Source: Thraustochytrium aureum (lineage: Eukaryota). Taken from it: a DNA stretch of 35,333 bases. Made by a program: the position numbers and the translations under genes. Numbering within the stretch: the first letter of the stretch is position 1; each line of letters begins with the position of its first letter. Under the pieces are notes generated by a model that ran no database searches, was not told the origin of the DNA, and worked only from the letters and a program-made list of their open reading frames with translations. Positions 21,820 through 32,800 of the stretch are shown here, piece after piece. The stretch is from NCBI GenBank assembly GCA_012862495.1, contig BLSG01000078.1, forward strand, positions 1 through 35,333. The letters run 5' to 3'.

Positions 21820-22401
21820 CTCGATAGGTCCTCGTGCGAGGCTTCGGCGTGTTCGCCGTGTTCCGCGATTTCCCACCCTCGATTGATCCTCCTGAGCGTT
21901 TCTTCTTCTCCCAGGCACCGAGTCGGCGAATTGCGAGCTCGAATGGTCCTCTAACGCGTTTTGGCGATCACGCTGAGGGTTTATCGTCGAGGATGGGACA
22001 CTAGCGCAGGGGCTCGCGGAGGCGAGGGACGTTCGTTGGGGTGGTGTCATGCATGCGGCGGTCCGTCTCGTTCGAGTTGGTTGTGCTGGGGTGGCGGGGC
22101 GGCGCAGCGCGATGCTCTGGCGGAAGGCGGCGCTACGGCGCTTTCGTTTCGATTTTTGGTTCCTCTTCTTCGTCAAGGCTGGAATGGTCGCGCTGATGAG
22201 GTTGATTGACGCTGCCGTTTTTGACGCTGGACTCCGATGGACTCTTGTGTCGTGATTTTTTGATTCGTTTTGGCTCGCCACACTTGGGCGGGCAGCCTCG
22301 GGGTGGCTTTGGCGTCGCTCATGATGGCTTGCGATGGCTGGCTGCTGAGCGCTGCTGAGCGCCCGGCGTGGCGCTGCGCTGCGGCAAAAGGCAGACACGG
22401 A

Positions 22402-25375
22402 ATGATGGCTGGGATGATGGAGCGCCCCCGAAAGCAGCGTTCACTGCGCGCCCTTTGGCCGTTCTCAAGTGCGCAGATCGGAGGCGCGGCGCCAGCGAAA
22501 TGCGAGAGCAGCTTGGCCAGAGAGCACCTTGGCGATCGCGCGTTTGTGTGCGCCGTCGCGGTGTGCCTCGTTTGGCTCAGCAGCGTTCTCGTTGCGCAGC
22601 TAATTGTGAGTTTTGCAGCGCGTGCTGGGTCGATGGCGCGCGCCCTCGGCACTAACAGGTCGCGCACAAGCAGGTTGGCCTGTTTTTGCCCAAGATGCCT
22701 CTGGAGCAAGCGAGTATCAAGGTCCAAGTGGCGTTAAACGTGACGACCGACGAGGGCACCAAGTTCGACTCGTGCGTGCAGCGTCGCGGGACAGCGTGCG
22801 GGACAGAACTCGACCTGGCTACCCAGGTAAGTTTTTCTCTCCAGAGGATACTTGGCCAAGCACAGCACAGTGCAGAACAAAGCTCCGACACAGGGTGTTT
22901 CTGACTAACGGCTGACGGCTCGCCGCAATGTGAAAGGTCGAGCTCAAGAGGGCCGAGGCTCTGGCGTTGCGCAACCGGAGGACTGTGGAGCAGGCGGACG
23001 CTCTCGCTGCGCGGTGTGAATTGGAGCGCTTGCGCGCCTTTACTCGGCTTGGCGACCTTCAACACCAGGGACTGCTCGACCTCGAGAAGGTCATGGACCC
23101 CGCGCAGGGCGCAAAACCCGGCTTGCGCCAGCATTCGGGGAGCGATCGAGCGCGAGCGTGCCGTGGACGAGTCGTTGGAGCTTGCGCGTGAATACAGCGA
23201 CAAGGCGACNNNNNNNNNNNNNNNNNNNNNNNNNNNNNNNNNNNNNNNNNNNNNNNNNNNNNNNNNNNNNNNNNNNNNNNNNNNNNNNNNNNNNNNNNNN
23301 NNNNNNNNNNNNNNNNNNNNNNNNNNNNNNNNNNNNNNNNNNNNNNNNNNNNNNNAGTCCAATACGACGCGGCGTACCTGAGCACCAAGCAGCGAGGCGC
23401 CTTGGCCGAGCTCCAACAGACGGCCCGGGCGCAAGCCGAGCTCGCGCGCGCAGCGCTGCTCGAGGCGCAGGGCGCTGCGCAAAGGTTGCGCGCGTGCCTG
23501 TCCGGCCCAACCGGGGACTCAAACTCGAGCCCATGTGCCGCAGGGTCAGGGCTCGAAGCCGTCCTCCGCAACGCCCACTCCAAGGCCCAGGCAGCTCTTG
23601 AAGACGCTCACAGAGCCGTCAAAGACCTCGACGCGAGGGTGCAGCGCTTCAAGGACGGCATGGAGAGCTTTCAAAATAGCTTTAACGAGTTCATGGGCCG
23701 CACTGCAGTGAAAATGGCGCTCTGGTTCGCAAACCCGCCCGAGCTGGACGTCCAGCGCCGGTTTCGAGAGGCCATGGCCAGCCGAATTGAGACCGCGCTG
23801 AGCGAGTCGCAAGCGGTTGAGCAACTCCGATCCGGGCACGACCAAGCTGTTGCGCTTGTCGGCGAGGCAGCCGCTGCGCACGAAAAGGGTATGGACGCTC
23901 TTGCGGCAACGCGCACGCGGCAAGCCGAGCAAGGCGCCAAGTCGCAGACAATCGCTCTAGAGCGGCTTCTGGACGACTATGACCCGCCAGCTGGCGCGTT
24001 GTCGAGCGCTAGAGAGGCGCGCAAGGCTCTGCATGCGGAGACTGGCGCTTTCGCGGACTCGCTGACCACCGCCGTTCGTGGAGTCGGGGAGCTCGCTCCA
24101 ATTGTGCAAAACGCGTCGCTGGGCGACGCACTTGCTGAGGCGACCGCGTGGGTCGGCGACCGCGCAAACGGCATTGGCCGACCAACGACAAGCGCTTTCG
24201 ACCCGCGCGAGTGGGCTGTCTTCCTCTACGACGGGTTTTCCCTCAGCAGGTTTGTTGATGGGTGGGAGCAGGTCTCGCATCTCACGCTTGTCTTTGACAT
24301 GGTCATCCGCGCCTTACACACCGCGCAGATCGTGCGCAAGTACACGAACCTCTCGCGGGTGGTCGCGCCTCCCGTAGACGTGCGGGACGCACGCAGCCGC
24401 GCAGGCGCGCTTCGCGGGGCGCAGACCCCCACGCAGCGCCTGGCCGCTCTTTTGCTCCATCCTGCGACCATCGGAGCTGTCACGGCTGCATTTGCTGTGC
24501 TTGCAATGAGCGCTATCGCAAGCCTCTACATGCCCATCTTTGACAAGTTTGTGGAAGGCTGCGCGCAGCCTTCTCAGCGCGGCCCTGGCACCCTCCTCAG
24601 CAGAAACGCAGAGATGCTGGCGCTCCAGTTCGCGGCGCAGAGCGGGGACCGTCGCGCCGCTACGTTGACGAGCGACATGGAAGCCCGTGTCGCAGCCGCC
24701 TGCTTGGAGCACGGTTCCGCCTTGGACAGCACGCTCGAGGGGCACTCCCGCGCGTTTGCGGCAGCGGTGACCCGGATCCGCGTCGGCGCGTCCGACATGC
24801 GAACGCTGCAAACCTGCCTGGATTCTAGCCGCCTCGACAAGCTCACGCGGCATCAGGTTTCCGAAAGCGTCTGCACGAGCCCAGCCGCCGAGGTCTTGGC
24901 GTTGGACACTCTCGCGCGGTTCAACTGTTCGGTGCTCCCAGCGTGCCAGGTCGCAGGCTGTGTGGGGCCAAACGCGGAGCGGCTGGGGTTTGTGACCTGG
25001 GTGGCCTCGTGCAAGGCCGAGGGATACATGCACGCGTCTGTGTTCGGCGGCCTCTTCGCGATACTTGTGTTTGGGGGGCTCAACGCTGCCCGCCTCCTCA
25101 TTGTGCGTGCTTTGCGGGAGCTGCGATGGCAATCTCTCGCCCACGGACGATTTTCTTACATCGCCTCGCTGGTTCCGGCCACGCCGGCTCAGGCCGAGAG
25201 CTTGACGGCCGCGCCGTCCGACGTCGCTCGAGCTCTTGCTGGGTTGCCTGCCTCGATCCGCGCTCGGCAACGCAAGGGCCTCGCGCTGCTCGCCGCGGCC
25301 GCTCTTTTAATCGCAGCCCCACTTGCTCTTCTTGCAGCTACATCCAGGCGACTCGCCGTGACGCAGCGCCTTTGA
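22402..25375 (+). CDS. Uncharacterised ~930-aa multipass (about 5 TM) Cys-rich membrane protein; exons 22402-22605, 22659-22826, 22937-25375 (slip at ~23115, gap 23210-23355)
   Basis: Two phase-0 GT-AG introns join ORFs 22270, 22686 and 22967. After the gap the frame is open from 23357 to the stop at 25375. Hydrophobic segments flank two long helical loops that carry several Cys. The start codon is uncertain (an in-frame ATG also occurs at 22321). Confidence 0.72.
22606..22658 (+). other. Spliceosomal intron, 53 nt
   Basis: Donor att|GTGAGT and 3' end ggcACTAACAG|gtc. Phase 0 on both sides, and removal restores the reading frame. Confidence 0.75.
22827..22936 (+). other. Spliceosomal intron, 110 nt
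   Basis: Donor cag|GTAAGT, branch site ctGACTAAC at 22901-22909, acceptor aaAG|gtc. Phase 0 and in frame with ORF 22967. Confidence 0.82.
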
Positions 25376-26985
25376 GGAGCCAGCCTCAGGCTGCCAACTC
25401 GGTTACCTCGAGCTCGAGGGAGAGTGCTTGGGCGGTTTCTCGTCACTCTTCACTCTTCCCTCGGCGCAGTCGCCGCGGGCGTGCGCGTCGTACGATCCAA
25501 TTTGCACTGCGGCAGGCACGAGGTTGCCCCAAACTGGCCACACTGGCTCGCCGCTGCGCTGCGGAGTGGTTGGCGCAAGCGCGAGGCCGCCATCTCATCT
25601 CGGGGATTCGCCAAGCAGGCTGGCTTTTGGTACAACCAATACAACTTGAAGGGGGTGATCCTCGCAGTGGCGCAACAACCAAGGAGGATCCTCGTTGGTG
25701 CAACCGACCGACGCAAGTCTGGCTCTAGCGATGACGACCGGCGCATCTCTCTAGACCCAGAGCGATTGGATTGGTCGCGCGCGCCGCACTCGCCGCAGCC
25801 TCCCTGGCCAGTCTCGATGCACGCACGGCGACGCGATGCTTCCTGACTCGGACGCACCAGAAGGAGGTGCCACGATCGTTTCTCGACAGATGATTGCCAC
25901 CAGTTCAGATGCGGCGAGCGGCAGTGGAATGAGGTTGCACCAATGTCGCACACTGTCAGCTCCACAGTATACTCCGAGCAGCCGCCAACGGTCATTCGCT
26001 CACTATCCGCGCTGTGGCGCTGGCCACGCCCGAGTGGAGGCCTCCGAGTCGTGGGCCGGCGTTGGTCCAGAGCGCGTCCAGAGCGCGCGTTTCTCGGGTG
26101 CTCGCTGGCAGAGCCCGCGAGGGCGCTCGGAGCGGGCTGTCGAAACTGTCAACGGCATGTCCAAAGCGCGCCGCTCTTGAAAGAGCTGCTGGAGAGTACT
26201 AGTAGGTAAGAAGTCGAGCTATACTCTGGCGTAGAGCAGCTGCTTGCCTCCCAAGGGTGCACAGCGCAACGGGGTTGGACATGATTGAGAGCGCTTCGCC
26301 GGTGCAGCGAGGCCTCCCCATTCTCGCGCGTGCAACCTCTGGCGCAATTAGGCGCGGGCGTCAAGACGGAGCACCTGACCTGCGCCGCCCGCCAGAGCCA
26401 TTGTGGCTGGGCTTTCCTTGCCTCCTGCAGTGGATACCTACTGCTCGAGTCAAGGTGCAAGCAAGGTGGCCACGAGCACCGGCAGACCCGAAACGCAACA
26501 CGAACGAACGAGAACACAAACAGCGAGCGGCAGCACAGCAGCGCGCGAGCTCCCACGAAGGCAAGAGCAGCGGCATCGAAGGAGCAAGCGCGAGGCGTGA
26601 GTGGAGNNNNNNNNNNNNNNNNNNNNNNNNNNNNNNNNNNNNNNNNNNNNNNNNNNNNNNNNNNNNNNNNNNNNNNNNNNNNNNNNNNNNNNNNNNNNNN
26701 NNNNNNNNNNNNNNNNNNNNNNNNNNNNNNNNNNNNNNNNNNNNNNNNNNNNNNNNNNNNNNNNNNNNNNNNNNNNNNNNNNNNNNNNNNNNNNNNNNNN
26801 NNNNNNNNNNNNNNNNNNNNNNNNNNNNNNNNNNNNNNNNNNNNNNNNNNNNNNNNNNNNNNNNNNNNNNNNNNNNNNNNNNNNNNNNNNNNNNNNNNNN
26901 NNNNNNNNNNNNNNNNNNNNNNNNNNNNNNNNNNNNNNNNNNNNNNNNNNNNNNNNNNNNNNNNNNNNNNNNNNNNNNNNNNNNN

Positions 26986-28893
26986 GCCCGCGACGTGGAG
27001 GAAGGGTCGCCGCGCGAGGACAGCATCCCCGCATCCAATACGTCGCGCACGTACCTCGAGGCGGAGAAGGTGAGCTACACAATCAACAAGATTGAGATTC
27101 TCAAAGAGGTCGACGCGGTGTTCCCGCCGGGCAAGCTCGTCGCCCTGATGGGCCCCAGCGGAGCCGGCAAGACGACGCTGCTCAACGTTCTGGCCGGCCG
27201 CGGCCACGGGAAGGTCGTGGGCAGCCTCACGCTGAACGGCAAGCCTATCACGCGCAGGATGATGCGCCGCGAGTGCAAGATGGTGCCTCAGCACGACATC
27301 CTCGAGCCCGTCCTGACAGCGCGCGAGACCTTGCTGTACACCGCAGAGCTTGCGCTGGACCTTCCCAAAGCAGAGCGGGTCAAGCGCGTTGACGAGGTGA
27401 TGAAAACGCTGTCGCTAACCGAGTGCGCCAACGTGGTGTGCGGCGGCCCGGACCTGAAGGGCCTGTCCGGGGGCCAGCTCAAGCGCGTCTCCATCGCGAT
27501 GGAACTGCTCTCAAACCCAACCTGTCTCCTGCTTGACGAGCCAACGTCCGGACTCGACTCGAAAGTGGCCGCCGACGTGGTGGACCTGATCCGCGCGCTG
27601 GCTCGCGGCGGCCGAACGGTGGTCTGCACGATTCACCAGCCCTCGTTCCAGGTGTTTTCAAAGTTTGACTGGCTCGTGCTCCTCGACAAGGGCCGCGTCG
27701 CATACAACGGCCGAGTCGACGGCGTATCGCGGTACTTGGAGGAGATTGGCAACCCGACGCCGCAGTTTGTCAACCCGGCAGACCACGTCATGCAGGTTTT
27801 GAGCGAGGCGGCCCCGGGCGCCCACAGCGACTACAGCGCCTTGTTCAAGTCGACCACCTTCGGCGCCACCTTCGTGTCGGAGATGGCTCGGCTCAAGGGT
27901 AATCGAATCAGCTACATGGAGCGAATGGAGAAGGACTCGAAGACGCTCGTCAAGGCCAAGTCGCTGCGGCTGTCCGAGGCCCGCGTGAGCCCTTTCCCGA
28001 CCTCGTACGCCTCGCAGTTTCGAACCATTTTCCGCCGCGCCGTTTACGTGACGCTCAAGGACAAGCGCCAGCTGCGGACGCGGATCGTCCAGCTGCTCTT
28101 CATCGGGCTCATTGTCTCTACTATCTTTTGGCGGATGGAGCGCAGGCAAGACCGTGTTCAGGACAAGCTCAGCGCGCTCTTCATGGTGGTGCTTTTTCTG
28201 GGTATGTCGTCGATCATGAGCACTGCGCTGGCTCTTCCGCAGGAGAAGGCCGCCATGGTGCGCGAGTACCTCAACGGCTACTATGGGATTTACTCGTACT
28301 ACTTTGGGCGCATTTCGGTGCTCCTCATGTTCCAGGTCATCTACTCGCTTGTCTTCGGCGGCGTCAGCTACTACATGCTGGGCCTGTACGACCCGGCAGC
28401 CAACTTTTTCACCTTCCTCGCCGCGCTCACGCTCATCTCGCTCATTTGCGGCACGGCAGGCTTCACCGCGGGCATCCTTTTCCCCACCCCGCAGGCTGCG
28501 GCAGCGACGGTCCCCATGATCGTGATGCCTCTCACGCTCTTTTCTGGGCTCTTCATCCCGCTCGCCAACATCCCAAATGGGTGGATCTGGCTCTACTACA
28601 TCAGCTTTTTCCAGTACGCGCTGCAGATCATGATGGTCAACGAGTTCCACGACAACGACCTCGAAGCGTGCACGATCGAGCAGATTCAAAACCCGACCGG
28701 TCTGTGCCCGTACGGCGCCTGCTCGCCCGACCCGCTCGTGCCGCAGCCTTGCAGCGGAGACGTAGTGCTTGCTCGCTTGGACTACGACCCGGACGACCTC
28801 GGCCTCAACTTTGCTATCCTCTGCGGCTACGTTGTGCTCATCCTTGGCCTCGGCGCCATGGCGCTCAACCGGCTCATCCGCAAGTCGGGTTGA
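26986..28893 (+). CDS. ABCG (White-family) half transporter, NBD-TMD; 5' end in gap
   Basis: Walker A GPSGAGKT, Q-loop VPQHD, signature LSGGQ, Walker B LLLDEPTSGLD, H-loop TIHQPS. These are followed by an ABC2-type membrane domain (REYLNGYY, FSGLFI...IP..W.WLYYISFFQY...NEF). Confidence 0.95.
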   Translation, partial: ARDVEEGSPREDSIPASNTSRTYLEAEKVSYTINKIEILKEVDAVFPPGKLVALMGPSGAGKTTLLNVLAGRGHGKVVGSLTLNGKPITRRMMRRECKMVPQHDILEPVLTARETLLYTAELALDLPKAERVKRVDEVMKTLSLTECANVVCGGPDLKGLSGGQLKRVSIAMELLSNPTCLLLDEPTSGLDSKVAADVVDLIRALARGGRTVVCTIHQPSFQVFSKFDWLVLLDKGRVAYNGRVDGVSRYLEEIGNPTPQFVNPADHVMQVLSEAAPGAHSDYSALFKSTTFGATFVSEMARLKGNRISYMERMEKDSKTLVKAKSLRLSEARVSPFPTSYASQFRTIFRRAVYVTLKDKRQLRTRIVQLLFIGLIVSTIFWRMERRQDRVQDKLSALFMVVLFLGMSSIMSTALALPQEKAAMVREYLNGYYGIYSYYFGRISVLLMFQVIYSLVFGGVSYYMLGLYDPAANFFTFLAALTLISLICGTAGFTAGILFPTPQAAAATVPMIVMPLTLFSGLFIPLANIPNGWIWLYYISFFQYALQIMMVNEFHDNDLEACTIEQIQNPTGLCPYGACSPDPLVPQPCSGDVVLARLDYDPDDLGLNFAILCGYVVLILGLGAMALNRLIRKSG

Positions 28894-29339
28894 AGACAAA
28901 ACCACTTCAACTTGATGAAGCCAGCTAGAGTCGCACGCTCGGCACTCTCCGCACGCTGCGCGCCGCGAGTTGGTCGAGGACCACGCCGCGAGTCTGCCAA
29001 ACTGAACCCATGGCCCACCGTGTTTTACTAGTAGAAGAAAAAGTGAGCAAGAGAAAACCCGCGCAGTTCCCGCAAGCCCCCAACCACGCAGCAGCAGCAG
29101 CAGCCTCCACCCGCCGCGCAGCAGGCCGCCGCGCATCCAGCTGGCCAGCATCGGCGCATTGTCCCAAGAACAAGACGTCGTTCAGATACCCGAGCCTGCT
29201 GCGCCTCGTTGTACGCTCCTGTCGCGACAGATCAATCGCACGAGAGAATCACGCCCAACAGCAAACAAACGCCCTTCGGCGCCGCGGCAAAGCCCTCACG
29301 GTCGTCCGTCCCCCAGTGCGGCGGCGAGCGCGAGAGGCC

Positions 29340-29377
29340 GCACGCACGCACGCACGCACTCGCTCGCTCGCTCGCAC
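29340..29377. repeat. Compound microsatellite (GCAC)n-(CTCG)n running into a gap
   Basis: Read directly; same unit order as 21603-21652. Confidence 0.88.
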
Positions 29378-29832
29378 NNNNNNNNNNNNNNNNNNNNNNN
29401 NNNNNNNNNNNNNNNNNNNNNNNNNNNNNNNNNNNNNNNNNNNNNNNNNNNNNNNNNNNNNNNNNNNNNNNNNNNNNNNNNNNNNNNNNNNNNNNNNNNN
29501 NNNNNNNNNNNNNNNNNNNNNNNNNNNNNNNNNNNNNNNNNNNNNNNNNNNNNNNNNNNNNNNNNNNNNNNNNNNNNNNNNNNNNNNNNNNNNNNNNNNN
29601 NNNNNNNNNNNNNNNNNNNNNNNNNNNNNNNNNNNNNNNNNNNNNNNNNNNNNNNNNNNNNNNNNNNNNNNNNNNNNNNNNNNNNNNNNNNNNNNNNNNN
29701 NNNNNNNNNNNNNNNNNNNNNNNNNNNNNNNNNNNNNNNNNNNNNNNNNNNNNNNNNNNNNNNNNNNNNNNNNNNNNNNNNNNNNNNNNNNNNNNNNNNN
29801 NNNNNNNNNNNNNNNNNNNGCCGCGGAGCGAG

Positions 29833-32800
29833 ATGCCCAACACCCTGACGCCAGTCACGTTTCGGGTGACTGCGCCGGTCAGGTATGGCGAGACGATTTA
29901 TGTAGTAGGCGACGCGCCGGCGCTCGGGTCCGGCGATTACCTGTACGGAGTCCCGCTCGTCACCACGCCGGACGACTTTCCCGAGTGGTTTACCCAGAAT
30001 CCCATCCCACTCGACAAGCAGAGGCAAGTCAAGTACAACTACGCCATCTTCTCCGGAGGCAACTTTAGCCGCTGGGAAAACCGCAGCGAGACCCGGTCGG
30101 TTCAGATCGAGGACGTGCCAATGCAGTCCGTGGTCGACTCGGTCGAGGTCGACGAGCGATTCACGAATGCGTCCGGGCCCCGAACGCAGGTCCCGTTCAA
30201 GAAAATGTCGCGGGCCCGAGCGAATCTGCCCTGCAGTCAAGCTCGTTCCGCGAGCGACGGAAGAAAGCGCTCGACATCGGCGACAACGACGGCGTCATCG
30301 TGGTCTCGTACTACCTGCCCGTCAAGATTACGCGCCTAAGCGGCGACGGGAGCTCGGAGAGCGACAACGAGGGCAAAGAGTCCGACTTCTCCAACAGGGC
30401 AGCGGTGGCCCACCCGACGGTAGAAGGGGCTCGGCGCCGCGATCTCGCCGCCGCGGGTGCGGCTGAGACCCCCGGAGTGCTCCGCAGCGAGCTCGGCAGC
30501 GCCCCGTCGCGCCGCGGCACGCTGCGGTCCTGGTCCAGCAACAGCAGCAGCGGGGAGCGAGCGACCATGTGGAGCATCGAGTGGGACGAGAGCGCACTCC
30601 TGTCTCGCAAGTCGTCTGTGGCGGACAACATGCGCGTGCTGTACATCGGCTACCCGCGGTCTTCCTCGCCGATCCACCCCTCGGAGCACGAGTCGCTGGC
30701 TACCGCCCTGGTCCGGTTCCGCTGCGTGCCAGTCTTCCTCAAGCCCGAGGTGCGGGACCTCCACTACCACGTCTACTGCTACGGGACTCTGCGCAAGCTG
30801 TTCCACCACCACGTCGACGTCTACGCGCCGCTCCCGACGCGCTGGTGGAACGGGCCCATGCACCAGGCGTCCTGGCTGGCGTACCGGTCCGTGAACCAGT
30901 CGTTTGCTGAAAAGGTGGTCGAGGTCTACAACGAAGGCGACATCACCTGGATTCACGGCTTTGAGCTCCTCCTGCTCCCGTCGCTTCTCAAACGTCGCCT
31001 GGCAGCCGCCAACCCGCACATTGGCCTCTTTATCCACTCGCCGTTCCCCTCGAGTGAGATTTTCCGCACGCTGTCTGTGCGGGACGACATCTTGCGCGGC
31101 ATGCTCAACGCGGACCAGATCGGCTTTCACCTCTACGAGTACGCGAGGCCGTTCCTCTCGTGCTGTCATCGCATTTTGGGCATTCAGCACCACGGCCACG
31201 AGAACGACGCCCGCGGCCTCCTCACGGTCGACTATCAAGGCCGCCGCGTCTACATAACCGTGTGCCACGCGGGCATCGAGCCAGACCTGGTGCGCAGCAC
31301 GTTGGCTACGCCAAAGGTCTNNNNNNNNNNNNNNNNNNNNNNNNNNNNNNNNNNNNNNNNNNNNNNNNNNNNNNNNNNNNNNNNNNNNNNNNNNNNNNNN
31401 NNNNNNNNNNNNNNNNNNNNNNNNNNNNNNNNNNNNNNNNNNNNNNNNNNNNNNNNNNNNNNNNNNNNNNNNNNNNNNNNNNNNNNNNNNNNNNNNNNNN
31501 NNNNNNNNNNNNNNNNNNNNNNNNNNNNNNNNNNNNNNNNNNNNNNNNNNNNNNNNNNNNNNNNNNNNNNNNNNNNNNNNNNNNNNNNNNNNNNNNNNNN
31601 NNNNNNNNNNNNNNNNNNNNNNNNNNNNNNNNNNNNNNNNNNNNNNNNNNNNNNNNNGCTCGCCTACGAGGCTTTCCTCAACAGCCACCCAGAGTGGGCC
31701 GAGCGGCTTTGTCTGATCCAAGTGTACAAGGAGGTCGAGCGGGACAGCGACGAGTCGGTCGAGGTGCGCAGCGTGTCTCGCCGCATTGCGCGACGCATCA
31801 ACGAGGCCAACCCGAGGCGCCCAGGGCGCCGCCCTGCCGTCTGCCTGCTCGAGTGGTCCAGCTGCTCGTTTGCGGACCGCCTTGCGCTCTTCAGTGTGAC
31901 GGACATCTTCATCCACACGCCCCTCCGTGCCGGCCTGGACCTCTCCGTGTTTGAGTTCACGGCCGTGGCCGAGGCCCGCAAGTCGACACAAGGACCCTGG
32001 CAGGAGAACTTTCGCCCCGATCTAGACCCCGAGATCCTCAACATCCGCATGGAGCCCTCGCTCATCCTGTCCGAGTTCACCGCGGCCTTTCGTGTGCTCC
32101 CCGCGAGTCTGCGATGCAACCCGTGGCGCGAGACGGAGGTCTGCGATACCGTGCTCACTGCTCTCACGCTCGGCATCGACGAGCGCCGCGTGCGAAATGC
32201 CGCCGCACAAAACTACGTGAACAACCACGTCGAGAGTGGCTGGGCGCAGCGCGTGCTGAGCGACATCAAGAGTGCGAGGCCGGCCGCGGTGGCGGCCGAG
32301 AAAAAGCACGAGGGCCTCACTCCGGCGGGGCTCGGGTTCGGGCTCCAGTTCCGCGCAATTGAGTTCCGGCCGAACTTTCGCCATCTCTCGGACGAAATCA
32401 TCATTGACGCGTACCGTTCAAGCTTCCAGAGGCTCATCATCCTCGACTATGGCGGAACAACCGTCTCGGACGAGTACGTCCCTCACGACACGTTCTCGCA
32501 GCACAAGCAGCAAAAGTTCGAGTTTCGGTATCGCGCCCAGGGGGAGGCCATCGTGCCAGGAGCGAAAATGATCTCCGTGCTGCAAACGCTTGTTGCCGAC
32601 CCGTGCAACTTTGTCTTTATCGTCAGCGGGCGGGAGCGCCAAGAGCTGGAGGCCGCCTTTGAGGACGTGCCCGGCATCGGCCTCACTGCCGAGCACGGCT
32701 GCTTTTACAGCTGGGGCAACCGGACCTCGCTCCACCATGTCGCGGCAGACCCTGGCGGGGCGGCCAACGGCGGCGCCGCAAATCGGTTCAGGTCGCAAAG

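Noticed and set aside
25424..26606. ORFs of 114-181 aa between the 5-TM gene and ABCG, and the pre-gap part of ORF 26257..28893
   Set aside because: Mostly non-ATG starts with no recognisable motifs. The pre-gap segment is joined to ABCG only by translating through Ns.
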